Shown here: piece after piece, positions 1 through 8,803 of the stretch
Layout: the number at the start of each line of letters is the position of its first letter
Numbering within the stretch: the first letter of the stretch is position 1
From: Corallococcus exiguus
GTDB lineage: Bacteria > Myxococcota > Myxococcia > Myxococcales > Myxococcaceae
Length of the DNA: 64,000 bases
Assembly (NCBI RefSeq): GCF_017302975.1
Contig: NZ_JAFIMT010000003.1
Direction: 5' to 3' (one strand)
The notes under the pieces: model-generated
Told to the model about the DNA's origin: nothing
Databases searched by the model: none
Seen by the model: only the letters and a program-made list of their open reading frames with translations
Translations under genes and position numbers: made by a program

Positions 1-489
1 CTCCTTGAGCGGACCCACCAGCGCGTTCACCGCCTCCACGGCCTCGTAGGAGGTGAGGCGCGACAGGTCCAACGACACCAGCGCGAAGCCCGCGTCCACC
101 ACGCGGAAGATGCCGTCCTGGAGCGCGTCCAGCACGTCCGCGTCCGTGGAGTTCACCCGGAGGGGGCCGGCCTGGAGGAACAGGGGCCGGGTGTGCTCGG
201 CCTCCTGCGCCGCCGCGTGCACCGCCCTCACGAAGCGCTCCGGCGCGCCCCGGTCCGCCAGGGGGTGCGGGCAGGAGAGGCCCAGCACCGAGTCCTCCGC
301 GCGGGCCGCGCCCAACAGGCCCGGCAGCGCGCCCTTGGACAGCACCGGCAGGCACGGCAGCGCCATGGGCGTGGATTCCAGCGCCGCAAGCAGCTCTCGT
401 GGATCCAACAGGGGCACCCGGGAGCCCGGGCCCACCCGCGCCACCACGTTGCCCGGCCGCAGCGACAACACCTTGTCCAGCACGCTCAT
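1..489 (-). CDS. Partial CDS (N-terminal ~163 aa; the gene continues off the left edge). Hypothetical protein whose N-terminus reads approximately MSVLDKVLSLRPGNVVARV.
   Basis: The minus-strand reading from the ATG near 489 shows strong GC3 codon bias with no stop before position 1. The overlapping plus-frame ORFs (53..535 and 193..564) are Arg/Pro-rich shadow frames. The gene is absent from the ORF track because it has no in-window stop. I read the translation by eye, so the product is unassigned. Confidence 0.35.
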   Translation of the reverse strand, partial: MSVLDKVLSLRPGNVVARVGPGSRVPLLDPRELLAALESTPMALPCLPVLSKGALPGLLGAARAEDSVLGLSCPHPLADRGAPERFVRAVHAAAQEAEHTRPLFLQAGPLRVNSTDADVLDALQDGIFRVVDAGFALVSLDLSRLTSYEAVEAVNALVGPLKE

Positions 490-536
490 AGAGGCCCGCG
501 AGGATTCCCTCCTCGCGCGCCTTTCGCAAGCGTGAG

Positions 537-1544
537 TCAGTGCACCTCGCCCAGGTGGGCGTAGGACTGGCTCTCAATCTGGATGGTCGTGTGGTCGATG
601 CCGAACCTGTCGAAGAGGTCGTGCTTCACCGCGGACAGGATGTCGTCGTTGTTGCAGACCATGGGGTCCGCCACCACCAGGTGCGCGGACAGCGCGTACA
701 TCCCGCTGGAGATGGTCCACACGTGCAGGTCGTGCACCGCCTGCACGCCCGGCACCTTTCCCATGAGGTCGCGCACCTGCTCCAGGTCCACGTGCGCGGG
801 CACCGCCTCCAGGAGCACGTCCACCGCGTCCTTCACCAGCCGCAGCGCGCCCACGACGATGATCATCGAAATCAGCACGGAGATGATGGGGTCCACCACG
901 TACCAGCCGGTCCACCACATCACGCCCGCGCCAATCAGCACGCCCACCGAGGACAGCGTGTCCCCCAGCACGTGCAGGAACGCGCCGCGCACGTTCATGG
1001 AGTGCGTCTGGTGCAGGAAGCCCAGCGCCGCCAGGTTCGCCACCAGGCCGATGCCCGCCACCAGCGCCATGGGCCCCAACTCCACCTGCGCGGGCGAGCG
1101 CATGCGCTGCCAGGCCTCCATCAGGATGAAGATGGTGATGACCAGCAGCAGCACCCCGTTGAGGAGCGCGCTCAGGATCTCCATCCGGTAGTAGCCGTAG
1201 GTCTTCTTCAGGTCCGCGGGCCGCCCGGCGAACCAGAGCGCCAGCAGGCTCAGGACCATGGCCGACACGTCCGTCAGCATGTGCCCGGCGTCGGAGAGCA
1301 GCGCCAGCGAGTTGGTGAGGAAGCCGCCCACCGCCTCCGCCACCATGATGGTCGCCGTCAGCCCCAGCGCGAACAGCAGCCGCCGCCGGTCCTTGCGCCG
1401 CTCCTCCGCCAGCCCGCCCTTGCGCGGACCGTGCGAATGACCGTGCCCATGGCCGTGCGAATGCCCATGATGCGAGTGGTCATGGTCGTGGTCGTGCGAA
1501 TGACCGTGCCCGGCCCTGCCGTGTGTATGTGGGGGTGCGCTCAC
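537..1544 (-). CDS. czcD: Cation diffusion facilitator (CDF) family heavy-metal efflux transporter, CzcD/ZitB-like.
   Basis: A His-rich N-terminus (HGHSHDHDHDHSHHGHSHGHGHGH) is followed by six predicted TM helices. Conserved CDF motifs are present (LSDAGHMLTD, HVLGDTLSSVGV) along with a cytoplasmic C-terminal domain. Confidence 0.85.
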   Translation of the reverse strand: MSAPPHTHGRAGHGHSHDHDHDHSHHGHSHGHGHGHSHGPRKGGLAEERRKDRRRLLFALGLTATIMVAEAVGGFLTNSLALLSDAGHMLTDVSAMVLSLLALWFAGRPADLKKTYGYYRMEILSALLNGVLLLVITIFILMEAWQRMRSPAQVELGPMALVAGIGLVANLAALGFLHQTHSMNVRGAFLHVLGDTLSSVGVLIGAGVMWWTGWYVVDPIISVLISMIIVVGALRLVKDAVDVLLEAVPAHVDLEQVRDLMGKVPGVQAVHDLHVWTISSGMYALSAHLVVADPMVCNNDDILSAVKHDLFDRFGIDHTTIQIESQSYAHLGEVH

Positions 1545-1657
1545 AGGGAACCAGGGTACGCCATTGGCGCCGTCTTTCAGACAGGTGCCGCTGGATTGAT
1601 TTCGGACAACCCCGTAGATCCGTTGTCCTGATCCGCAACAGGCCGAGGGACGCGGGG

Positions 1658-3247
1658 ATGGACTTCGAGAAGCATCAGAATCTGCACACCATTGTCATGT
1701 TGAGGGATGTCATCCGCAAGTGGTGGCAGGTGGAGCTTTCGTTCGCGGATCGCAACGGCCTGGTGCACGACTGGCAGCGCGGGGATTTCATCCCGCCGCC
1801 CAACGACTTCTGCCGCCACTCGCTGGGGGCGCGGGAGGGGATGCGGCGGTGTGCCCAGTCGGTGCGGGTGCTGCATGAGAAGTTCAAGGCCGCCAAGAAC
1901 CTGCGCCGCTCGCTCTTCCACGACTGCCACCTGCGCCTGTCCATCGTGGGCGCGCCGCTCTACATCCGCAACGAGTACGAGGGCTTCCTCTTCGTGGAGG
2001 GCTTCGCCCGGCAGCCGCTCATGCCCGGAGACGGACAGGTCCTCCTGGGCAAGATGCGCGACATCGCGCCCGGGGCGATGCTGGAGCTGGAGGGCGCGGC
2101 GGAGCGCGTGCCGGTGCTGGACGGCTCGGAGCTGAGCAAGCTGTCGGACCTCTTGGAGTTCGCGGTCACGGAGATCGCCAACCAGGAGGTGGAGCTCACG
2201 CGCAAGGAGGAGACCATCCAGTCCATGGCCTCCGAGCTGTCCAACCGCTACCGCTTCGAGAAGATCATCGGCCGCTCCGGGGCCATGAACGAAGTGTTCC
2301 GCCTGATGGAGAAGGTGGCCCACTCCGACTCCACCGTCCTCATCAACGGCGAGTCCGGCACGGGCAAGGAGCTGGTGGCGCGCGCCATCCACCACAACGG
2401 CCCGCGCAAGGACAAGCCGTTCGTCGTGCAGAACTGCTCCGCCTTCAACGACAACCTGCTGGAGAGCGCCCTCTTCGGGCACACCCGCGGCGCCTTCACC
2501 GGCGCGCTCAAGGACAAGAAGGGCCTCTTCGAGGTCGCGGACCAGGGCACCTTCTTCCTGGACGAGGTGGGCGACATGTCCCCTGCCCTCCAGGTCAAGC
2601 TCCTGCGCGTGCTCCAGGAAGGCACCTTCCTGCCGGTGGGCGGCACCCAGTCCCGCGAGGTCGACGTGCGCGTCATCGCCGCCACCCACAAGGACCTGGG
2701 CGAGATGGTGAAGCGCGGCGAGTTCCGCGAGGACCTCTTCTACCGCATCAACGTCATCCGCCTGCAGCTGCCGCCCCTGCGCGAGCGCAAGGACGACCTG
2801 CCCGTCCTCATCGACCACTTCCTGCGCAAGCACCACCGCGAGGGCCAGCGCGCGCGGGGCCTGGCGCCGGAGGCCCTGGGCATCCTGGGCGCGTACGCGT
2901 GGCCGGGGAACATCCGCGAGCTGGAGAATGAAATCGAGCGGCTGCTCGTGCTGGGCGGCGAGCTGGAGACCATCCCCGCGGACCTGCTCTCCAGCCGCAT
3001 CCGAGACGCCGTCGTCCCCGGCGGCGGGCCCTTCATCGCCCCCCGCGCGCACGGAAAGCTGCACGAGGCGGTGGAGTCCCTGGAGAAGGAGATGATCCAC
3101 CAGGGCCTGGTGCGCACCCGCTACAACAAGAGCCGGCTGTCGCGCGAGCTGGGCATCAGCCGCTCCAACCTCCTCCTCAAGATCTCCCGCTACGGGCTGG
3201 ACAAGGGCATCCCCGAGGGGCTGGACACGGAAGAGGTGGAGGCGTGA
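1658..3247 (+). CDS. Sigma-54-dependent transcriptional activator (bacterial enhancer-binding protein) with an N-terminal Cys-containing PocR-like sensory domain.
   Basis: The central AAA+ sigma-54 interaction domain shows a Walker A (GESGTGKELVARAIH), the GAFTGA motif and an FLDEVGDM box. A C-terminal Fis-type HTH is present. The N-terminal region carries conserved Cys/His residues (FCRHSLGAREGMRRCAQS...FHDCHLRLS). I chose the internal ATG at 1658, preceded by a GAGGGA RBS, because the ORF-track start at 1523 would overlap czcD. Confidence 0.85.
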   Translation: MDFEKHQNLHTIVMLRDVIRKWWQVELSFADRNGLVHDWQRGDFIPPPNDFCRHSLGAREGMRRCAQSVRVLHEKFKAAKNLRRSLFHDCHLRLSIVGAPLYIRNEYEGFLFVEGFARQPLMPGDGQVLLGKMRDIAPGAMLELEGAAERVPVLDGSELSKLSDLLEFAVTEIANQEVELTRKEETIQSMASELSNRYRFEKIIGRSGAMNEVFRLMEKVAHSDSTVLINGESGTGKELVARAIHHNGPRKDKPFVVQNCSAFNDNLLESALFGHTRGAFTGALKDKKGLFEVADQGTFFLDEVGDMSPALQVKLLRVLQEGTFLPVGGTQSREVDVRVIAATHKDLGEMVKRGEFREDLFYRINVIRLQLPPLRERKDDLPVLIDHFLRKHHREGQRARGLAPEALGILGAYAWPGNIRELENEIERLLVLGGELETIPADLLSSRIRDAVVPGGGPFIAPRAHGKLHEAVESLEKEMIHQGLVRTRYNKSRLSRELGISRSNLLLKISRYGLDKGIPEGLDTEEVEA

Positions 3248-4167
3248 GCGCGCCGCACGGACAGGCCGTTTCCTTCCGGCAGGACTCGCTGCGGGTGCCG
3301 GACGGCGCGGACCTCTACTACCAGGTGCGGGGGGACGGCTCGCCGGGCATGGTCCTGTGCGACGGCCTGGGCTGTGACGGCTTCGCCTGGAAGTACCTGC
3401 TGCCCTACCTGGGCCGGCGCCACCGCGTGCTGCGCTGGCACTACCGGGGCCACGGCAAGAGCACCGTCCCCACGGACCGCACGCGCATTGGCATGGCGTA
3501 CACCTGCGACGACCTGGCGCGGGTGATGGACGCCGCGCAGATGGACAAGGCCGTCCTCTTCGGCCACTCCATGGGCGTGCAGGTGGCGCTGGAGTTCCAC
3601 CGCCGCTACGCCCGGCGCGTGGAGGGGCTGGTGCTGGTGTGCGGCAGCTACGGCCTGCCGCTGGACACCTTCCATGACTCCACGCTGCTCAAGCGCCTCT
3701 TCCCCACCCTGCGGGCCGCGGTGGAGCGCTTCCCCCGGCACACCGCGCGCATCGTGCACGGGGCGCTCACCACGGAATTGGTGGTGCAGCTGGCCATCCG
3801 CCTGGAGATGAACCCGGACCTCATCGCGCGCAACGACCTGGCCCCGTACTTCACGCATCTGGCACGCATGGACCCCGTCGTCTTCGTGCGCACCCTGGAT
3901 TCGCTGGCCAACCACACCGCCGAGGACCACCTGGACCACGTGGACGTCCCTACCCTGGTGGTCGCCGGGGAGAAGGACCGCTTCACCCCCGGCTGGCTGT
4001 CCCGGAAGATGGCCGAGCGCATCCCCTCCTCTGAGCTCCTGATGATTTCCGAGGGCACCCATACCGCCCCACTGGAAGTTCCAGGCCTGGTGGAGCTGCG
4101 GGTGGAGCGCTTCCTGAGGGAGCGGCTGGGCGTGGAAACCGCGGAAGTCGCCCCGAAGGTGGGATAA
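3244..4167 (+). CDS. Alpha/beta-fold hydrolase.
   Basis: A nucleophile elbow (GHSMGV, GxSxG) sits about 110 aa in. There is an HGxxxS-type oxyanion region and a C-terminal His in the ISEGTHTAP context. The start overlaps the stop of the upstream enhancer-binding protein gene. Confidence 0.75.
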   Translation: MSAPHGQAVSFRQDSLRVPDGADLYYQVRGDGSPGMVLCDGLGCDGFAWKYLLPYLGRRHRVLRWHYRGHGKSTVPTDRTRIGMAYTCDDLARVMDAAQMDKAVLFGHSMGVQVALEFHRRYARRVEGLVLVCGSYGLPLDTFHDSTLLKRLFPTLRAAVERFPRHTARIVHGALTTELVVQLAIRLEMNPDLIARNDLAPYFTHLARMDPVVFVRTLDSLANHTAEDHLDHVDVPTLVVAGEKDRFTPGWLSRKMAERIPSSELLMISEGTHTAPLEVPGLVELRVERFLRERLGVETAEVAPKVG

Positions 4168-4169
4168 GC

Positions 4170-4207
4170 GCCCAGCAGGCAGGGGGGCTGATTGTTTGCC
4201 TGCTGGA
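4170..4207 (+). terminator. Inverted repeat (CAGCAGGC … GCCTGCTG) immediately after the hydrolase stop; a possible terminator or regulatory hairpin.
   Basis: I read it directly. The stem is about 8-9 bp with a loop of about 17 nt and no U-tract, which is common in high-GC genomes. Confidence 0.3.
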
Positions 4208-4333
4208 CACCCGCCTTCATTGCAGGTGGGAAGCCCCCGGCATATAAGCCCCCGCCTTCCGGGTTCCGGTGGGATTGAGAAACCCCGTTCTGGGCGTCTC
4301 TCCTCGCACCTTCTTTTCCGTTAGTTGGTCCTG

Positions 4334-6184
4334 ATGATCTCTCGCGAAAACATCCGCAACGTCGCCATTGTCGCCCACGTCGACCACGGCAAGACCACCC
4401 TCGTCGACCACCTGCTCCGGCAGGCGGGGACCTTCCGCTCCAATGAGCACGTGGCCGAGCGGGTCATGGACTCGAACGACCTCGAGCGCGAGAAGGGCAT
4501 CACCATCCTCGCGAAGAACACTGCCGTCTCCTACAAGGGGATGCAGATCAACATCATCGACACGCCGGGCCACGCCGACTTCGGTGGCGAGGTGGAGCGC
4601 GGTCTGCGCCTGGTCGATGGCGTCATCCTGCTGGTGGACGCCGCCGAAGGTCCCCTGCCCCAGACGCGCTTCGTGCTCAGCAAGGCGCTGGCCATGGGCC
4701 TGAAGACGGTGCTGGTCATCAACAAGATCGACCGTCAGGACGCCCGGGCCAAGGAAGTGCTGGACCTGGTGTACTCGCTCTACATCGACCTGGGCGCGAA
4801 CGAAGAGCAGCTGGAGATGCCCGTCCTCTACACCATCGCGCGCCAGGGTCAGGCCTCCACGTCCCTGGACGTGCCGGGCAAGACGCTGGAGCCGCTGTAC
4901 GACGCCATCATCAAGCACATCCCGCCCCCGCCCCCGCCCCCGGCGGAGCAGACGACGCTGCAGCTGCTCGTCGCCAACCTGGACTACGACGACTACGTCG
5001 GCCGTCTGGCGGTGGGCCGCGTGCAGGCGGGCCGCATCACCCCGAACATGCCCGTGTCCGTCGTCCGCGAGGGCGGCAAGGTGCAGCAGGGCAAGATCGT
5101 CAAGCTGTTCGGCTTCTCCGGCCTGAAGCGCCAGGAGATCCCGGACGCCGGCCCGGGTGAGATCGTCTCCATCGCGGGCATCGAGGAAATCAGCATCGGC
5201 GACACCATCGCGGACTTCGAGAAGCCCGTGGCGCTGCCGCGCATCACCGTGGACGAGCCCACGATGATGATGATCTTCAAGGTCAACGACGGGCCGCTGG
5301 CGGGCAAGGAGGGCAAGTACGTCACCTCCCGCAACCTGCGCGAGCGCCTGTACCGCGAGGCCTACCGCAACGTGGCCGTGCGCGTGGAGGACACCGCGAC
5401 GCCGGACGCGTTCCGCGTGGTGGGCCGTGGCGAACTGGCGCTGGCGGTCATCATCGAGAACATGCGCCGCGAGGGCTACGAGCTCACGGCCTCCAACCCG
5501 GAGCCCATCACCAAGACGGTGGACGGCCAGCTCCACGAGCCCATGGAGCTGCTCTTCGCCGACGTGCCGGAGAACAGCGTCGGTGTGGTGACGGAGCGCC
5601 TGGGGCCCCGCAAGGGCCGCATGACGGACATGCAGCAACTGGGCTCGGGCCGCACCCGCCTCCAGTTCCGCATCCCCGCGCGCGGCCTCATCGGGTTCCG
5701 CTCGGAGTTCCTCACCATCACGCGTGGTGAGGGCATCATGAGCAGCCAGTTCGACGGCTTCGAGCCGTGGTTCGGCTACATCCCGAAGCGCGCCAACGGA
5801 GCCATGGTCTCCGACCGCCTGGGCGACACGGTGCCGTACGCGCTGTTCAGCATCCAGGAGCGCGGCCAGCTCTTCATCGGCGCGGGCACCACCGTGTACG
5901 AGGGGATGATCATCGGCGAGAACGCGCACCCGTCCGAGCTCAACGTCAACTGCTGCCGCGAGAAGAAGCTCACCAACATCCGCGCCGCCGGCCGCGACGA
6001 GAACGTCATCCTCGTCCCGCCGCGCGAGATGGGGCTGGAGAAGGCCCTGGAGTGGATCGCCGACGACGAGCTCGTCGAGGTGACGCCCAAGTCCATCCGC
6101 ATGCGCAAGAAGGCGCTGGCCGTGGGCGAGCGCTACCGCGCCGAGCGCGAGCGCAAGCGCGAAGAGCGCGCCGACGCGGAGTAG
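4334..6184 (+). CDS. typA: Translational GTPase TypA/BipA.
   Basis: The protein matches over its full length, including [19 protein letters not shown] (G1), [14 protein letters not shown] and NKIDR (G4), together with EF-G-like domains. The ORF track starts at a TTG at 4325; the ATG at 4334 gives the conserved MISRENIRN start. Confidence 0.9.
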   Translation: MISRENIRNVAIVAHVDHGKTTLVDHLLRQAGTFRSNEHVAERVMDSNDLEREKGITILAKNTAVSYKGMQINIIDTPGHADFGGEVERGLRLVDGVILLVDAAEGPLPQTRFVLSKALAMGLKTVLVINKIDRQDARAKEVLDLVYSLYIDLGANEEQLEMPVLYTIARQGQASTSLDVPGKTLEPLYDAIIKHIPPPPPPPAEQTTLQLLVANLDYDDYVGRLAVGRVQAGRITPNMPVSVVREGGKVQQGKIVKLFGFSGLKRQEIPDAGPGEIVSIAGIEEISIGDTIADFEKPVALPRITVDEPTMMMIFKVNDGPLAGKEGKYVTSRNLRERLYREAYRNVAVRVEDTATPDAFRVVGRGELALAVIIENMRREGYELTASNPEPITKTVDGQLHEPMELLFADVPENSVGVVTERLGPRKGRMTDMQQLGSGRTRLQFRIPARGLIGFRSEFLTITRGEGIMSSQFDGFEPWFGYIPKRANGAMVSDRLGDTVPYALFSIQERGQLFIGAGTTVYEGMIIGENAHPSELNVNCCREKKLTNIRAAGRDENVILVPPREMGLEKALEWIADDELVEVTPKSIRMRKKALAVGERYRAERERKREERADAE

Positions 6185-6261
6185 TCCTTCCGCCAAGCGC
6201 CTGAAGCTTCCAGGGGCCGTCACCCAGCACACCGGGTGGCGGCCCCTTCCTCGTTCCGGTT

Positions 6262-7068
6262 TCAGAAGCCGAAGCGGACCAGGCGCGCGCGGTACGGCGT
6301 GGAGTTGCTCTTGCCCGCCAGGTCGTCCCAGCCCTTGAACTCCACGTCGTCCAGAAGCCGCTCCGTCTGACCATTGACGGTGACGGCGTTGATCAACGGG
6401 ATACCGATGGAGCCCACGTTGCGGCCCGCGAGCTGGTTGCCGGGGTCCAACGGCTCCTGCCGGCCCTGGGAGCAGCTGTCGGTGAAGTAGCAGCCCCGGT
6501 CGCAGGTGGCCTTCGAGTTGTACGAGCCATGCTTGTTCCCGGCCACGTAGATGCGCGGCGCGCCCCGGTACGCGCCCGCGTACTCGAGCTGCGCGTAGCC
6601 GTACCAGCCTGACGAATCGCACGCCGTCTCCAGGTGCGCGGCCAGGAAGGCCTGGTCCAGGTACCAGCGGCCGTCGGCGTAGTGCACGTCCAGCACCTGG
6701 AACTCGGAGTCCCCGTCGTGGGCGAAGACGTTGAAGATGCCCAGGCTGGGGATGCCGTGGTCCTCGTAGTACGCGGCCAGGTAGAAGATGCGCAGCGTGC
6801 GCAGGGCGGAGTTCAACGGCCGCGCCGCGAAGTACGGCCGGCGCGCCACGCCCTTCTCGCCCTGGGCAATCCACAGCGTGGGCATGAAGGCCGCGGCCAC
6901 CTGGAGCTCGCAGCTGTCGCTCACGCCGTCGTGGTCCGCGTCCGGCACCTGGCCCCAGCACTCCTCCGCGGACGGCAGGTTCGGGATGCCCTGCGCGAGC
7001 GCGGGAACGGACAGCAACGACAGCACCAGCACCCACACACGCGCAGGGGAACGGAGAACGGGGGTCAT
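6262..7068 (-). CDS. Secreted Cys-rich hypothetical protein with an Sec signal peptide.
   Basis: The N-terminus MTPVLRSPARVWVLVLSLLSVPALAQ is a signal peptide. GC3 codon bias is strong and at least eight Cys are spread along the protein. I do not recognise the family. Confidence 0.6.
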   Translation of the reverse strand: MTPVLRSPARVWVLVLSLLSVPALAQGIPNLPSAEECWGQVPDADHDGVSDSCELQVAAAFMPTLWIAQGEKGVARRPYFAARPLNSALRTLRIFYLAAYYEDHGIPSLGIFNVFAHDGDSEFQVLDVHYADGRWYLDQAFLAAHLETACDSSGWYGYAQLEYAGAYRGAPRIYVAGNKHGSYNSKATCDRGCYFTDSCSQGRQEPLDPGNQLAGRNVGSIGIPLINAVTVNGQTERLLDDVEFKGWDDLAGKSNSTPYRARLVRFGF

Positions 7069-7227
7069 GTGATTACCTGGAAAGAACCGCGAGGGTGACT
7101 TTCAGGGTGAGCACACGAGCGACGGAGCTGAATCCGCCCGCCAGGCCGGGGCACCTGTCCGGCGTCGGTCGAAGCGGTAGTAGAAGCGCGCCGGGACACG
7201 GACGTCCTGGAGGAGGCGGCAAGGCGG

Positions 7228-8043
7228 GTGGAGTCGAACGCGGGCAAGCCTCGGGGCCTGCTGTACCCCCGCCCGGATCCCCGGCACTTCGAGCATGTCC
7301 GCGTCCTGCCCGCGGAGGACCTGCGCCCGTGGGTCGAACACTTCTGGGCCGTGAGATGGGACCTGCGCGGGCAGCCGCCCTACCTCCAGCAGAGCCTCAG
7401 CCACCCGTCCGTGCACTGGGCCTTCCAGGACGGCACGTCGCGAGTGGGAGGCCCGCACCCGGGCCGCTTCTCCATCACGCTGGAGGGGCTGGGCGGCGTG
7501 TTCAGCATCAAGTTCCGGCCCGGTGGCTTCTTCCCCCTCGTGGGGACGCCGGTGTCCGCGCTCACGCGACGAACCGCTTCACCCGGTGCGTTGCTGGGTC
7601 CGGAGGCGCTGGAGCTGGAGGCAGCCATCCTCGCCACTGACGTCGCGCGAGACGCGGACCGCGAGCGCATCGCCCTGGCGGAGGCCTTCCTGCGGGCCCG
7701 CCTGCCCGCGCCGGATCCGAACGTGGCGCTCGTGCAGGGGCTCGTCACGCGCATCCTGGAGGACCGCGCGGTGACGAAGGTGGAGGATCTGCTCACGCCC
7801 GGAGGCCCGGGCCTGCGCACGTTGCAGCGGCTGTTCAACCGCTACGTGGGCGTGAATCCCAAGTGGGTCATCCAGCGCTACCGCCTGCATGAAGCCGCGG
7901 AGCGACTGCGCGAAACGCCGCCACCGGAGCTGGCGCGGCTGGCGCTGGAGCTGGGCTACTTCGATCAGGCGCACTTCATCCGCGACTTCCGGCGCATCGT
8001 GGGCTGCACGCCCGCCGGATACGCCCGGCAGGTGGCGCGCTAG
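7228..8043 (+). CDS. AraC-family transcriptional regulator.
   Basis: The C-terminus carries the AraC HTH signature (QAHFIRDFRRIVGCTPAGY). The N-terminal domain is uncharacterised. Confidence 0.75.
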   Translation: MESNAGKPRGLLYPRPDPRHFEHVRVLPAEDLRPWVEHFWAVRWDLRGQPPYLQQSLSHPSVHWAFQDGTSRVGGPHPGRFSITLEGLGGVFSIKFRPGGFFPLVGTPVSALTRRTASPGALLGPEALELEAAILATDVARDADRERIALAEAFLRARLPAPDPNVALVQGLVTRILEDRAVTKVEDLLTPGGPGLRTLQRLFNRYVGVNPKWVIQRYRLHEAAERLRETPPPELARLALELGYFDQAHFIRDFRRIVGCTPAGYARQVAR

Positions 8044-8639
8044 AACGTGTACTTCACGCGCGGGAACACCGCGAACGTCATGATGTTGGGCCCGAAGATG
8101 TAGCGCCCGAGCAGGTCCGCGCCCACGGAGAAGTGGTCGAAGGACGTGGCGTACTCCACGCCCACGCCCAGGCCCGCGTTGAAGGCGTTGATGGAGCGGC
8201 CCGGGTCGCCCTGATCCGGATCCACCGGCGTCGGGTCCAACCGCGTGTAGCCCGCCGCCACCTTGGGCGTCAGGTAGAAGCGGTTGGCCAGCCGCACGTG
8301 GTACGCGGCCGTCAGGTCGCCGAAGGCCACGGTGAAGTTGTCGGACAGGGCGCAGACGTTGGAGTCCGGCAGGTAGCCCGCGAAGCAGTTCTGCGCGGAG
8401 GAGCCCAGCGCGAAGTGGGCGCCCAGCGACAGCCGCTCCGTCAGGTCGTAGCCAATGCCCAACTGCACATACGACTGCGCGTTGGAGTAGCTGTTCTCGC
8501 CGCCCACCGTGAAGAAGACCCCGACGTCGGTCTCGGTGAAGAACCCCCGGCGCGGCTCGAACGGCACGCCCTCCGGCGGCGTGGCCCCCAGGGCCGGCGT
8601 CGCCAGCGCGAGCGCGGCCAACAGCAGCGACTTCCTCAC
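8040..8639 (-). CDS. Outer-membrane beta-barrel protein, GltH/NfsH-like; last gene of the Glt/Nfs-type operon.
   Basis: A signal peptide (KSLLLAALALATPALG) is followed by alternating amphipathic beta-strands, and the protein ends in Phe (…RVKYTF). I chose the GTG start preceded by GGAGG; the ORF-track start at 8765 adds an unlikely 42-aa leader. Confidence 0.6.
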   Translation of the reverse strand: MRKSLLLAALALATPALGATPPEGVPFEPRRGFFTETDVGVFFTVGGENSYSNAQSYVQLGIGYDLTERLSLGAHFALGSSAQNCFAGYLPDSNVCALSDNFTVAFGDLTAAYHVRLANRFYLTPKVAAGYTRLDPTPVDPDQGDPGRSINAFNAGLGVGVEYATSFDHFSVGADLLGRYIFGPNIMTFAVFPRVKYTF

Positions 8640-8803
8640 GACTCCTCCCGTCACGTTGTCCTCCTGCTCCCTTGCACGCCTGGCAGCAGTGGCACGGACA
8701 GTAGTGACGCCCGGCACGAAACGGCAGCGGGGAAAAACGAAAATGGCGTGGACCGTTTCGTCCACGCCATTTCGGTCTTCCAGTCTACGAAGTGCGCCCC
8801 GGA

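Noticed and set aside
540-3100. ORFs 540..1631(+), 1577..3100(-), 583..1191(+), 3190..4062(-).
   Set aside because: They overlap the CDF transporter, the sigma-54 EBP and the hydrolase on the opposite strand or in another frame. They are low-complexity and carry no motifs.
4217-7036. A 939-aa ORF on the minus strand spanning typA and the secreted-protein gene.
   Set aside because: It is antisense to the strongly conserved TypA/BipA gene. Its Arg/Gly/Ala-rich composition is typical of GC-rich shadow frames, and it has no domain content.
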